Assembly (NCBI GenBank): GCA_010024125.1
Contig: RGHP01000001.1
Location: forward strand, 1 to 45,459
Source of the DNA: Gammaproteobacteria bacterium
Lineage (GTDB): Bacteria; Pseudomonadota; Gammaproteobacteria; Pseudomonadales; Litorivicinaceae
DNA: 45,459 nucleotides
Direction of reading: 5' to 3'
Shown: in pieces, positions 1 through 8,409 of the stretch
Layout of the letters: each line of letters starts with the position of its first letter
Numbering within the stretch: the stretch's first letter is position 1
Made by a program: the position numbers and the translations under genes
The notes under the pieces: model-generated
The model's database searches: none
What the model was told of the DNA's origin: nothing
Seen by the model: only the letters and a program-made list of their open reading frames with translations

Positions 1-81
1 CATTCTTAAAGGTGTTTGGGGAAATCCCACCGAAGGCTTGATTTATGTTCTAGGGTCGGAGTACCGACAAAAGGACAGGCA

Positions 82-258
82 ATGACTGAACCGCAGATCG
101 TTGATTACAGCGTCTATACAGGAGTAATGGACAACGGCCAAGAAATCTTGGTGCAGATATTCACCAGCCCAGAGTCGGGCAAGTTCCTATTGGGACAAAT
201 CGCATTCAGAACGGCAACCTCAAGTTGGGGTCAGCCCATACCTTTGGAGAAACGATGA
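82..258 (+). CDS. Small phage-like hypothetical protein (58 aa, MTEPQIVDY...PLEKR)
   Basis: ATG at 82 follows AAGGA (71-75). The stop overlaps the next ATG (ATGA, 255-258). It resembles, from memory only, small genes of uncultured freshwater Caudoviricetes. Confidence 0.55.
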   Translation: MTEPQIVDYSVYTGVMDNGQEILVQIFTSPESGKFLLGQIAFRTATSSWGQPIPLEKR

Positions 259-480
259 ACTACTTTGCAGAGAAAATCATAGGGCTAGTACTTTGTACCG
301 TCTTTGGCTTTACGGTCGCTGTAGGGGCTCCTGACGCGTCTGGTAGCCCGTCTGGGACTATCGCCCTAGCGCCATATTTGCTAGAACCGAGCACCACGAC
401 ATCGAGCACGTCGTCCACGATTTACATTGACCCTTACACGTCAGCTTGTGAGCAGTTCAGCGCGCTTGCCGTGAACCTCG
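255..480 (+). pseudogene. N-terminal part of a phage-like secreted protein (signal/TM segment, Ser/Thr-rich linker; probably a lytic transglycosylase/SLT-type protein), truncated at a chimeric junction
   Basis: Hydrophobic leader MNYFAEKIIGLVLCTVFGFTVAVGA, linker PSTTTSSTSST, then CEQFSALAVNL. No HAD N-terminal motif I is present. Confidence 0.5.
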
Positions 481-785
481 CTAGATACAATAACTACTCT
501 TGGGATGTGATCTTGGGGGCTGAGATCGTGAGAACCTACAAGCCAGATCCCGATGCCTACAAACGCGCTGCCGCGTGTCTCGGGCTAGAGCCTTCATCAT
601 GTATGATGGTCGCCGCCCATAACTATGACCTCAAAGCGGCCCAAGATGTCGGTTTCAAGACCGCCTTCGTCAGGAGACCTACCGAGCATGGACCGAATCA
701 GGCGATTGATCTTGAGGCGACTGGTGACTGGGATATATGCGTCGAGTCTCTGACGGACCTTGCCACTAAGCTGGCGTGTCGCTAG
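471..785 (+). CDS. C-terminal half of a type II haloacid dehalogenase (HAD superfamily); N-terminus missing in this window
   Basis: VNLARY..WDVILGAE..YKPDPDAY..MMVAAHNYDLKAA..GFKTAFVRRPTEHG are the typical C-terminal motifs of HAD type II. Confidence 0.85.
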   Translation: MNLARYNNYSWDVILGAEIVRTYKPDPDAYKRAAACLGLEPSSCMMVAAHNYDLKAAQDVGFKTAFVRRPTEHGPNQAIDLEATGDWDICVESLTDLATKLACR

Positions 786-1954
786 ATCGCAATCTGATTC
801 CCAAACGCTTTCATTAGCATCGACCGGAAGTTTGCCTTGTTCTCTAATCCGAGCCCGGGCGCGATCGGTAGATTCACAAAGCTCTGCTCAACCTTCAATT
901 CATCGGAGAATCCCCCGAACGGCTGAAAGACACCAGGGTAAGACTCATTTCCACCCAGTCCTAACCCGGCTGCGATATGCAGAGACATCTGATGCCCACC
1001 ATGCGGCACAACCCGTCTTGGTGACCAGCCATACTCGGCAAGCACATCAAGCGTTCGGTAATACTCAACTAACCCGTAGGATAAAGCGCAGTCGAATTGC
1101 AGATAATCAATGTCTGGACGCATACCACCGTACCGGATCAAGTTGCGCGCATCCTGATGAGAAAATAAGTTTTCACCCGTCGCGGTTGGTAGGTCGTAGG
1201 CTTCACTCAACGCCGCCTGAGTTTCAAAATCCAATGGATCGCCAGCCTCTTCATACCAAAACAACTGGTATTGCTTCAGTGCCTCTGCATAAGCGAGCGT
1301 GGTCTCAAGGTCAAAACGACCATTTGCGTCAACGCAAAGATTTCCTTCACCCACAATCTTCAACGCCGCCTCGATCCGATCGCAATCATGGGAAAGGTCA
1401 GCCGCTCCGATTTTCATTTTGCAAACCGTATAACCTAGATCGAGATACTGACGGAATTCATCTTGCAGACCAGAAATATCTTTACCGGGGTAGTAATAGC
1501 CACCTGCTGCATAAACCCAGACTTTTGAATCAGGTTTCCTACCGGCACGGTTAGCGAGTAATTGATATAGCGGGACACCCTGCATCTTGGCGCGCGCGTC
1601 CCAAAGCGCCATATCGAGAACACCAACGGCAACTGATCGTTCACCATGTCCACCGGGCTTTTCATTTGTCATCATGACATCCCAGGCTCTATGAGGATCC
1701 AGATACCCATCTTCACCAACTAGGTGATCTGGGTCAGCCTCAAGCAGGCGAGGGATCAAACGATCTTTCAAAATCCCAGAGGCGTTATATCGTCCGTTTG
1801 AGTTAAACCCATATCCAACAATAGGTTTACCATCAATCATTTGATCAGTGACGACCGCAACAACCGAGCATGTCATCTTCGAAAAATTGATATAGGCGTT
1901 CTGGATATCTGAGGCGATTGATTCAACAGAATCATAGATTGCTGTTATGCGCAT
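782..1954 (-). CDS. tarD: D-tartrate dehydratase-like enolase-superfamily enzyme (mandelate racemase subgroup)
   Basis: Signatures IQNAYINFSKMT, GYGFNSNGRY, NEKPGGHGERSVAVG, VYAAGGYYYPG, KMKIG, DANGRF, WYEE, TGENLFS and PHGGHQMSL match what I recall of Bradyrhizobium TarD. Confidence 0.85.
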   Translation of the reverse strand: MRITAIYDSVESIASDIQNAYINFSKMTCSVVAVVTDQMIDGKPIVGYGFNSNGRYNASGILKDRLIPRLLEADPDHLVGEDGYLDPHRAWDVMMTNEKPGGHGERSVAVGVLDMALWDARAKMQGVPLYQLLANRAGRKPDSKVWVYAAGGYYYPGKDISGLQDEFRQYLDLGYTVCKMKIGAADLSHDCDRIEAALKIVGEGNLCVDANGRFDLETTLAYAEALKQYQLFWYEEAGDPLDFETQAALSEAYDLPTATGENLFSHQDARNLIRYGGMRPDIDYLQFDCALSYGLVEYYRTLDVLAEYGWSPRRVVPHGGHQMSLHIAAGLGLGGNESYPGVFQPFGGFSDELKVEQSFVNLPIAPGLGLENKANFRSMLMKAFGNQIAI

Positions 1955-2010
1955 TTGACCACCATGTTCGGAAAGTAAGCCATGCCTACAAAAAAACCTG
2001 ATGGATCGGA

Positions 2011-2040
2011 AGATGACAGATTGTTAACAACCTGTCATCT
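2011..2040. promoter_or_regulatory. 30-bp near-perfect palindrome with a central TTGTTAACAA; putative GntR/FadR operator upstream of tarD, possibly also an RNA hairpin
   Basis: AGATGACAGA-TTGTTAACAA-CCTGTCATCT has one mismatched pair, which is a G-U wobble on the minus-strand RNA. Confidence 0.65.
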
Positions 2041-2072
2041 GAGTAAGAGTAATGGACGGTGGGTTTTCTAAA

Positions 2073-2267
2073 TTACGATTCTTTGACGCCAAGGAGTGCG
2101 TAACCACGGACAGTTAGGCGGTTAGCATGATCGATCTCACCAGACACCTCGATTGCCAGGCGCAAGGAATTACAGAACCCTTTTACAAAGCCGACAGCTG
2201 GCTCGATGATAGTTGCGAAAGGGTTTACCGACGTTAAGCTTGTACGAACCGCAGACAATGTTGACAT
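2073..2267 (-). CDS. Small hypothetical protein (64 aa)
   Basis: GGAG lies 8 nt upstream of the ATG on the minus strand, and the ORF fills an otherwise empty gap. No recognisable domain. Confidence 0.45.
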   Translation of the reverse strand: MSTLSAVRTSLTSVNPFATIIEPAVGFVKGFCNSLRLAIEVSGEIDHANRLTVRGYALLGVKES

Positions 2268-2308
2268 TGAATAGTCTCCAACAAAAAACTGATGATGAAT
2301 TGAGTATT

Positions 2309-3853
2309 ATGGTAACAATAAATATTGCGTCGCACAATACAATTAGGCTCGTCGGAATTGATGAAGCCTTAACACTCCTGCAAACGACGCAACGCATCGC
2401 ATTTATTGACGTCCGCGATCACAAATCCTATGTCGACGAACACCCGATATTCGCAGTCAACGCGCCAATTGACTCAATAGAATTGCAAATCAAGCAGCTC
2501 TTCAGTGATGAGATTGGAATCGCCTTAATTATCGGGGACAACCCAACCATGACAGATTGGGCCGCCGCGGTCATCGCTGACGCTACTCGTTTGACGCCCC
2601 AAATCATCGACGGAGGATTCGATGCATGGAAAAACCACCGCCTCCCGGTCTGGGGTGGGGAATATACGCCATCAAAAGCATTCGGTGAGTGGGTAGAAAC
2701 GACTGGTGAAATCAAAAATATCCAACCGCAAGATGCCATCACGAGACCACCCGAGCACCAATTCGATGTCAGACCTTTTACGGAGTACCAAAAGTTCAGC
2801 TTACCCAATTCCATCCATTGCCCCACTGGCAGGCTCGGAGCGCTTAATATTCCTAACGGCTCAATCTATCTTCATTGCGCGGGCAGGACACGCGGAATCA
2901 TTGCTGCGCAAACACTGGCCGACCAAGATTTTAAAGCATCTATTTATTGCATCACCGGTGGCACTCAGGGATGGGAGCTCGCTGGAGGAGTTCGCTCGTT
3001 CAATAACCACCGATCAGCAAAAAGCCTCTTCTCCGAAGAGACGATGAATCAGCACGCCAATCATCTCATCAACAAATTTAATTTGCCGATCGTAACGAAA
3101 GATTGCGAAAGCAAATGGGTGAACTCAGAAACCCCCTTCCGCATCATAACTGTCGACGAAGACCAAATGACCGATCGAGCGATTTCCCCTACCACCCTTA
3201 TCCAAAGCACAGATCAGTATTTGGGCACGCACAATATGTCCATCGTTGTTCAAGGGCCCAATCAACTGGATTGCGCTGTTTCCGTTTTATGGCTTCGCCG
3301 CATGGGATGGGATGCGTGGTTACGCGAAGAGTTTGCGCCAGAATCAGTCGCGCCTAGCCACACAGGTATCAAGCCCCTTGAATGGAACGATGAGTGGCTG
3401 CGCACTGATCGTATCATCGACATCCGTCCAAGCAAGGCATTCAAAGCCAGCCGACTCAAAGGTTCGACGTGGATACCGAGATCACACCTCAACTCATTAC
3501 CGACGTCGAGTCGTTATTTGATTGTCTGTGATCACTCTCAAATCACCCACACACAAACGCTCGCAAAAGCGCTCAATCTATCGGAATCAAGTTGCATCAC
3601 TTGGGATGTGATACCCAAAGAATATATCGACTCATGTGTCATCAGCTTCCAAACTCACCCAGTCGACCAAGCGCTATTTTTCCCAGACAGACATCAAGGA
3701 AACCTTGAACATGCACAAGGATACCTCGACTGGGAACACAGCCTTCTTCCTACACTGAGAGATAATGGGGATATTCCGTGGAAACCAATCAATGACCCAC
3801 TTGATCAGCCGACATCCCATCTCACTGCTTTCTACCGACAGGTTCACTCATGA
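2309..3853 (+). CDS. Multi-domain rhodanese-related sulfurtransferase (about four rhodanese repeats)
   Basis: Repeated DVR/DIR rhodanese starts, PSKAFGEWVE, active-site loop HCAGRTRGII, GGTQGW and C-terminal YLDWE. The start is uncertain; 2309 was chosen to avoid overlapping the divergent small ORF. Confidence 0.8.
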   Translation: MVTINIASHNTIRLVGIDEALTLLQTTQRIAFIDVRDHKSYVDEHPIFAVNAPIDSIELQIKQLFSDEIGIALIIGDNPTMTDWAAAVIADATRLTPQIIDGGFDAWKNHRLPVWGGEYTPSKAFGEWVETTGEIKNIQPQDAITRPPEHQFDVRPFTEYQKFSLPNSIHCPTGRLGALNIPNGSIYLHCAGRTRGIIAAQTLADQDFKASIYCITGGTQGWELAGGVRSFNNHRSAKSLFSEETMNQHANHLINKFNLPIVTKDCESKWVNSETPFRIITVDEDQMTDRAISPTTLIQSTDQYLGTHNMSIVVQGPNQLDCAVSVLWLRRMGWDAWLREEFAPESVAPSHTGIKPLEWNDEWLRTDRIIDIRPSKAFKASRLKGSTWIPRSHLNSLPTSSRYLIVCDHSQITHTQTLAKALNLSESSCITWDVIPKEYIDSCVISFQTHPVDQALFFPDRHQGNLEHAQGYLDWEHSLLPTLRDNGDIPWKPINDPLDQPTSHLTAFYRQVHS

Positions 3854-4677
3854 ACAAACAGCCAACTGAACATTTGCGATACGGATCACCTTCAGCAATC
3901 CCAGCAGTCGAAAGCCGAGAGACGATTGATACGCTGTTATCACATCAGTCTTGCAGAGCATTCTTGGATCAACCGATAAACGATGATGTCAAACATCTGT
4001 TATTTGCGGCAGCCCAATCGGCGCCCAGTAAATCGAACTTGCAGCAGTACAGCTTTATTGACATCAACTGTTCGTCAATAAGAGGCGAACTGATTCAAAT
4101 GTTTCCATCGATCCGCTGGGCACTAGAGGCTCCAATGCTCATCTTCGTTATCGGAGACACGCATCGAACGCGAGAAATAAACCGCGTTAAAAACCATACC
4201 TTTCGCTGGGAGCAAACAGATGCATTTCTCAATGCAACAGTGGATGCATCGCTCGCACTCGCTTTTATGATTGCCGCCGCCGAAGGCCTTGGGATCGGCA
4301 CTTGTCCCGTGTCAAAAGTTAGAGAATCGAGTAAAGCGATTACCAAGCTTCTGAATTTACCAAGAGGCGCTTTCCCAATCTGCGCATGTGCATTTGGGTA
4401 TCCGCAAAACGAGTCTCAATCAATATCACCGCGACTACCGCAATCGGTGGTCGTGCATCATGACTCGTACCAGCCAATCGATTTTAGTCAAATTGACGAC
4501 TACGATGAGACGTATAACCGCATAGCGGGACCACCTAAAGCACGATACCCAGAGAAATTTGGCGAACCGAATCAAAGCACGTGGTCAGATAATGTCGCGC
4601 GACAAACAGCAGTGGTCGAGCGCCCAGACTTTCGAGACATGTGTGAAAGCCAGGGTTTATTTCGGAAGCAAAGCTAA
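3850..4677 (+). CDS. NfsA/FRP-family nitroreductase / flavin reductase
   Basis: HQSCRAF, AAQSAPSKSNLQQYS, AAEGLGIGTCPV, FGYP, PRLPQSVVVH. ATGA-coupled to the rhodanese gene. Confidence 0.88.
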   Translation: MNKQPTEHLRYGSPSAIPAVESRETIDTLLSHQSCRAFLDQPINDDVKHLLFAAAQSAPSKSNLQQYSFIDINCSSIRGELIQMFPSIRWALEAPMLIFVIGDTHRTREINRVKNHTFRWEQTDAFLNATVDASLALAFMIAAAEGLGIGTCPVSKVRESSKAITKLLNLPRGAFPICACAFGYPQNESQSISPRLPQSVVVHHDSYQPIDFSQIDDYDETYNRIAGPPKARYPEKFGEPNQSTWSDNVARQTAVVERPDFRDMCESQGLFRKQS

Positions 4678-5502
4678 CAGCCGATCAGCGACTAGCTCGT
4701 CAGATTCCCACATCAACCAATGACCGACATTCGGAATGACTTCGATCTCAACATGTGGAACTGACTTCCTCAAGATGGCCTCACGCTCCGGGCGATATTT
4801 ACCGACGGATGCATCGAACTCTCCAAACAATACCGAGACAGGATATGGTGCACCGACCAATGCGCGTGCCAGCGTATCTGTCGCAGAGATCGGTCTGCTT
4901 TTCAGCCGGTGCATTCCGGTGTTCGTTTCTTGGATGTAAAGCGCTAGGTCATCGATACAAGAAGCGTCTTTAACCATTAAAATCTCGAGGTTTCTGCGAT
5001 GAGCCTCGACGATCTCTTCGCGACTCATCTCCTTCGTACGTCTGATTAAATCGGGCATCTCCCCGCGCGGCGCACCAGTTCCTCCAGGACCTAGTAACAC
5101 CAAATGCTCAATCTGTGACGCCATGAGAGACGCAACATGCCCTGCAATAGCGCCACCAAAAGAAAATCCAGCTAGAATGAATTTTTGTCGGCCAACCAAC
5201 TCCCTCAAAGCTTCAGCCAAAGGGCCTGCAACTGACTCAGCGGTGTGTGGCTCAATCGGAGTATCAGACCGCCCAAAGCCTGGCATATCAGCGGCTATGA
5301 CCGTTGCAGACTTCTCAAGCCAAGGGATCACTTTTATCCAGTGAGCCCAAGACCCATAACCACCGTGCAACAAAACGATACAAGTCGATCCACGTCCCCA
5401 ACGATAGAGTTGCACACCCAAACCATCGACAGTAATGCGCTCATCCGACGCGCGATCGAGAATCTGACTATAAGAAGCTAAAGGAGTTACAAGAGCTACC
5501 AT
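4657..5502 (-). CDS. Alpha/beta-fold hydrolase
   Basis: LLHGGYGSW, DMPGFGRS, nucleophile elbow GFSFGG, catalytic His in VGHW. Confidence 0.88.
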   Translation of the reverse strand: MVALVTPLASYSQILDRASDERITVDGLGVQLYRWGRGSTCIVLLHGGYGSWAHWIKVIPWLEKSATVIAADMPGFGRSDTPIEPHTAESVAGPLAEALRELVGRQKFILAGFSFGGAIAGHVASLMASQIEHLVLLGPGGTGAPRGEMPDLIRRTKEMSREEIVEAHRRNLEILMVKDASCIDDLALYIQETNTGMHRLKSRPISATDTLARALVGAPYPVSVLFGEFDASVGKYRPEREAILRKSVPHVEIEVIPNVGHWLMWESDELVADRLLALLPK

Positions 5503-5505
5503 GGA

Positions 5506-6255
5506 TTAAACCCAGTTCTGATAAGCCTCGTATAGAAACAAAAGCCCACCACACGCGATGAATATCTCCATAAATTGCGAGTGCACTCGGACAGAAGTAT
5601 TCCTTACCAACCAACGTCCCACGTACGCTCCCGGCATTGTGCAAAGACCGACCAATATACCGGTAACCATCAGCTCGTTTGTCAAGAGCGGTGACATCCC
5701 GAACACGATCGTTTTGGTAACATTCAAGCTAAACCCTAGCATGGCTATTGTCCCAATCATCGTCTCACCCGCCAGACCGGCACCGATGAGGAAGGGTGCC
5801 AACATCACGGCCGCTCCAAACGTGCTACCCGAGACAATACCGTATGGGATCCCAGCGAGAGCTAAACCTCTTAGTCCGACCTTGACCTCTTTCTTCTTGA
5901 GGCTTCTGTTCAGAGGTATAGAGACCAACAAAAACAAACCTAGGACCAACGCGACCACACCGACCGGCAGAGACACATAAACGTAGGCACTGAGAACAAT
6001 AAACGGCAAACCAGTCAGAAACACCGCCAGATATTCCTTGATCGCGACCGACTTCCGAAACGCCCATATCCTCGCAATGTTACTTATAATCAAGGCCGTC
6101 GCGACCACTGGGACTGTTTCTTTAACCCCGAGAAGTGGCGCCAGCATGACCGCGAGCACGAGGCCTCCCGCGAACCCGGAGAAAGAATGGAAAACTGCAG
6201 AACTAAACGCTGCAGCGGCCACCAAAAAGATGAATACAAAGTCTATTTCGCTCAT
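5506..6255 (-). CDS. TauE/SafE-family (sulfite exporter-like) membrane protein
   Basis: 249 aa with about 8 hydrophobic segments, an N-terminal SGFAGG..LAP motif and its internal repeat. Confidence 0.8.
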   Translation of the reverse strand: MSEIDFVFIFLVAAAAFSSAVFHSFSGFAGGLVLAVMLAPLLGVKETVPVVATALIISNIARIWAFRKSVAIKEYLAVFLTGLPFIVLSAYVYVSLPVGVVALVLGLFLLVSIPLNRSLKKKEVKVGLRGLALAGIPYGIVSGSTFGAAVMLAPFLIGAGLAGETMIGTIAMLGFSLNVTKTIVFGMSPLLTNELMVTGILVGLCTMPGAYVGRWLVRNTSVRVHSQFMEIFIACGGLLFLYEAYQNWV

Positions 6256-6256
6256 T

Positions 6257-6268
6257 ATTGTCTACAAT
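6257..6268. promoter_or_regulatory. Putative GntR/FadR operator ATTGTCTACAAT immediately upstream of the tauE-like start
   Basis: TTGTNNACAA palindrome at 6258-6267, 2 bp from the ATG. Confidence 0.6.
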
Positions 6269-6354
6269 TTTTATTTAGTTCGGTGAGTACAAAGAAGAAT
6301 TGTCAGGTGATAACGTTGATTCACCGCACGAACAGTGCGATATTCTTCCCAGTA

Positions 6355-6375
6355 TTGTCAACATAATATCAACAA
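6355..6375. promoter_or_regulatory. Putative operator TTGTCAACAT plus a downstream half-site upstream of the leuC-like gene
   Basis: One mismatch to the TTGTNNACAA box at 6355-6364, followed by ATATCAACAA. Confidence 0.5.
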
Positions 6376-6391
6376 AACTTAAGAGAAGCGC

Positions 6392-7810
6392 ATGCCCTCC
6401 ACTCTTTTTGACAAAATTTGGACCCCACATGTCGTTACCGATAGAGGGGACGAGTCTCTCTTGTACGTGGACCGTGTCCTCCTCCAGGAAAACTCATTCC
6501 ATGCGTTCGACAAGATTCGGCGTGAGGGACGGACGGTTCGTAACCCGGACCAGGCGTTTGGATTCTCAGATCACTACGTACCGACACGGAACAGAGAGCT
6601 AGGAGTCGATGGTATCCGGGACCCCGAGATCCGGAACATGGTCGAGCTGATCACATCAGATACCGCAACATATGGGATCAAACTGTTTGGTCTAGGCCAT
6701 GACTACCAGGGAATATTGCACGTCGTTGGGCCCGAGTTTGGTATCACTCAGCCCGGTCTCGTGATTGCTGGAGCGGATTCTCACACGTCGACGCACGGAG
6801 CGCTTGGCGCCTACGCATTCGGTATCGGTTCCTCCGAGGTCGCACACGTCTTGGCCACCCAGACACTCTGGAGGTCGAAGCCAAAAACGCTCCGCGTAAC
6901 TATCTCGGGTGAGCGGAAGGCTGGGGTGTCTAGCAAGGATCTGATCCTGTTCTTGATCAGAACGATCGGTAGCGGTGGGGCCGTCGGCTACGCCGTCGAA
7001 TATAGCGGCGACACAATCGACGAGCTGTCTGTCGAGGCCAGGATGACCGTCTGCAACATGTCCATCGAGGCGGGCGCGAGAGCGGGTCTTATTGCTCCTG
7101 ACCAAAAGGTGTTCGACTACATGCGGGGCAAGCCTATGGCACCGAAAGGACCGCAGTGGGAGCAGGCTATCACATACTGGCAGACTCTCAAGACAGAGCC
7201 AGGATCAGTCTTTGATCGCGAGGTACAGATCGAGGCTTCGGAGATTGCTCCACAGGTCACCTGGGGTACGAATCCGGAGATGGTTGCCGACGTCACGGGG
7301 AGTGTCCCCGACCCGAATGCGGAAAAAGATCCTGAAAGAAAGAGCCGGATGACAAGGGCCCTCGAGTACATGGGCCTGCACGCAAATCAGGCGATACAGT
7401 CTATCTCCCTTGACCGTGTATTCATTGGGTCTTGTACGAACAGTCGGATTGAGGACTTGAGGATCGTTGCGCAGGTCATGAAAGGACAGACGTGCAGGAT
7501 CCCGACGATGATTGTCCCAGGATCAGAGCAGGTCAAACGGGCCGCTGAGTCAGAGGGTCTACACGAGATTTTTCAACTCGCCGGCGCCGAGTGGCTCGCC
7601 CCGGGGTGCTCTATGTGTGTCGGCATCAACGGAGACATGCTTGTGAGCGGTGAGCGAGCAGCCTCGACATCAAACCGAAATTTTGAGGGTAGACAGGGGC
7701 AAGGGGGTCGTACCCACCTGGTCAGTCCAGCCATGGCCGCGGCGGCTTCTATTACAGGCCAGTTTGAGAACATCAGCTCATATGCGGAGGCACGCTCATG
7801 GAACCTCTGA
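6392..7810 (+). CDS. leuC: Isopropylmalate isomerase-like [4Fe-4S] hydro-lyase, large subunit (LeuC paralogue, probably catabolic)
   Basis: TLFDKIW, QGILHVVGPE, DSHTSTHGA, CNMSIEAGARAG, FIGSCTNSRIEDLR, PGCSMC, STSNRNFEGRQG. Confidence 0.9.
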   Translation: MPSTLFDKIWTPHVVTDRGDESLLYVDRVLLQENSFHAFDKIRREGRTVRNPDQAFGFSDHYVPTRNRELGVDGIRDPEIRNMVELITSDTATYGIKLFGLGHDYQGILHVVGPEFGITQPGLVIAGADSHTSTHGALGAYAFGIGSSEVAHVLATQTLWRSKPKTLRVTISGERKAGVSSKDLILFLIRTIGSGGAVGYAVEYSGDTIDELSVEARMTVCNMSIEAGARAGLIAPDQKVFDYMRGKPMAPKGPQWEQAITYWQTLKTEPGSVFDREVQIEASEIAPQVTWGTNPEMVADVTGSVPDPNAEKDPERKSRMTRALEYMGLHANQAIQSISLDRVFIGSCTNSRIEDLRIVAQVMKGQTCRIPTMIVPGSEQVKRAAESEGLHEIFQLAGAEWLAPGCSMCVGINGDMLVSGERAASTSNRNFEGRQGQGGRTHLVSPAMAAAASITGQFENISSYAEARSWNL

Positions 7811-8409
7811 TTCAGATTAGCGCGATCGGCGCACCGCTTCGTCTTGCAAACGTCAACACGGATCAATTATTTCCTGCGCGATTCATCAAAAAACCACGGG
7901 CGGTGGGTTACGCGCAGTATCTATTCCACGACATTCGACGCACCGACGCGGGAGACATCAACCCAAACTTCCCGCTCAATGATGCCAAATTTGAAACAGC
8001 TCAAATTCTGTTCGCCGGCGCAAATTTTGGCTCAGGGAGTTCAAGAGAGGGCGCCGTTTATGCGCTTTATGACTCGGGGTTTCGAGCCTTATTCGCTCCA
8101 AGCTTCGGTGAAATATTCGCAGCAAACTGCCTCAAAAATGGTGTCCTTACAGCTCGACTGGATCAAGAGAAGATCCAATCGATTCAGGAAGCACTGGACC
8201 TCGCTCAAGAGCCGAGAATCTCAGTCGACGTCGATCAGGAATGCATAACACTACCGTCCGGCGAGGTTGTCACATTCAGTCTAGATCCATTCCAAAAGCA
8301 CTGTCTCATGAATGGCTTAAATGAAATTGATCTGTCACTCCAATTCAATGACGAAATCACAGCCTTTGAAGAGAATCACCGTAAGACATACCCCTGGACC
8401 GCGTTATGA
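7798..8409 (+). CDS. leuD: Isopropylmalate isomerase-like hydro-lyase, small subunit (LeuD paralogue)
   Basis: NVNTDQLFP, NFGSGSSRE, SFGEIF..NCLKNG, LMNGLNEI. Confidence 0.9.
   Translation: MEPLIQISAIGAPLRLANVNTDQLFPARFIKKPRAVGYAQYLFHDIRRTDAGDINPNFPLNDAKFETAQILFAGANFGSGSSREGAVYALYDSGFRALFAPSFGEIFAANCLKNGVLTARLDQEKIQSIQEALDLAQEPRISVDVDQECITLPSGEVVTFSLDPFQKHCLMNGLNEIDLSLQFNDEITAFEENHRKTYPWTAL

Noticed and set aside
225-785. 186-aa ORF as a genuine secreted HAD fusion protein
   Set aside because: It lacks the HAD catalytic N-terminal motif, and the two halves look unrelated; a chimeric junction explains it better.
760-1554. 264-aa plus-strand ORF
   Set aside because: Antisense shadow of tarD, with no motif and biased composition.
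6392-8409. Leucine biosynthesis operon
   Set aside because: No leuA, leuB or leader peptide, substrate motifs deviate, and the context is catabolic.
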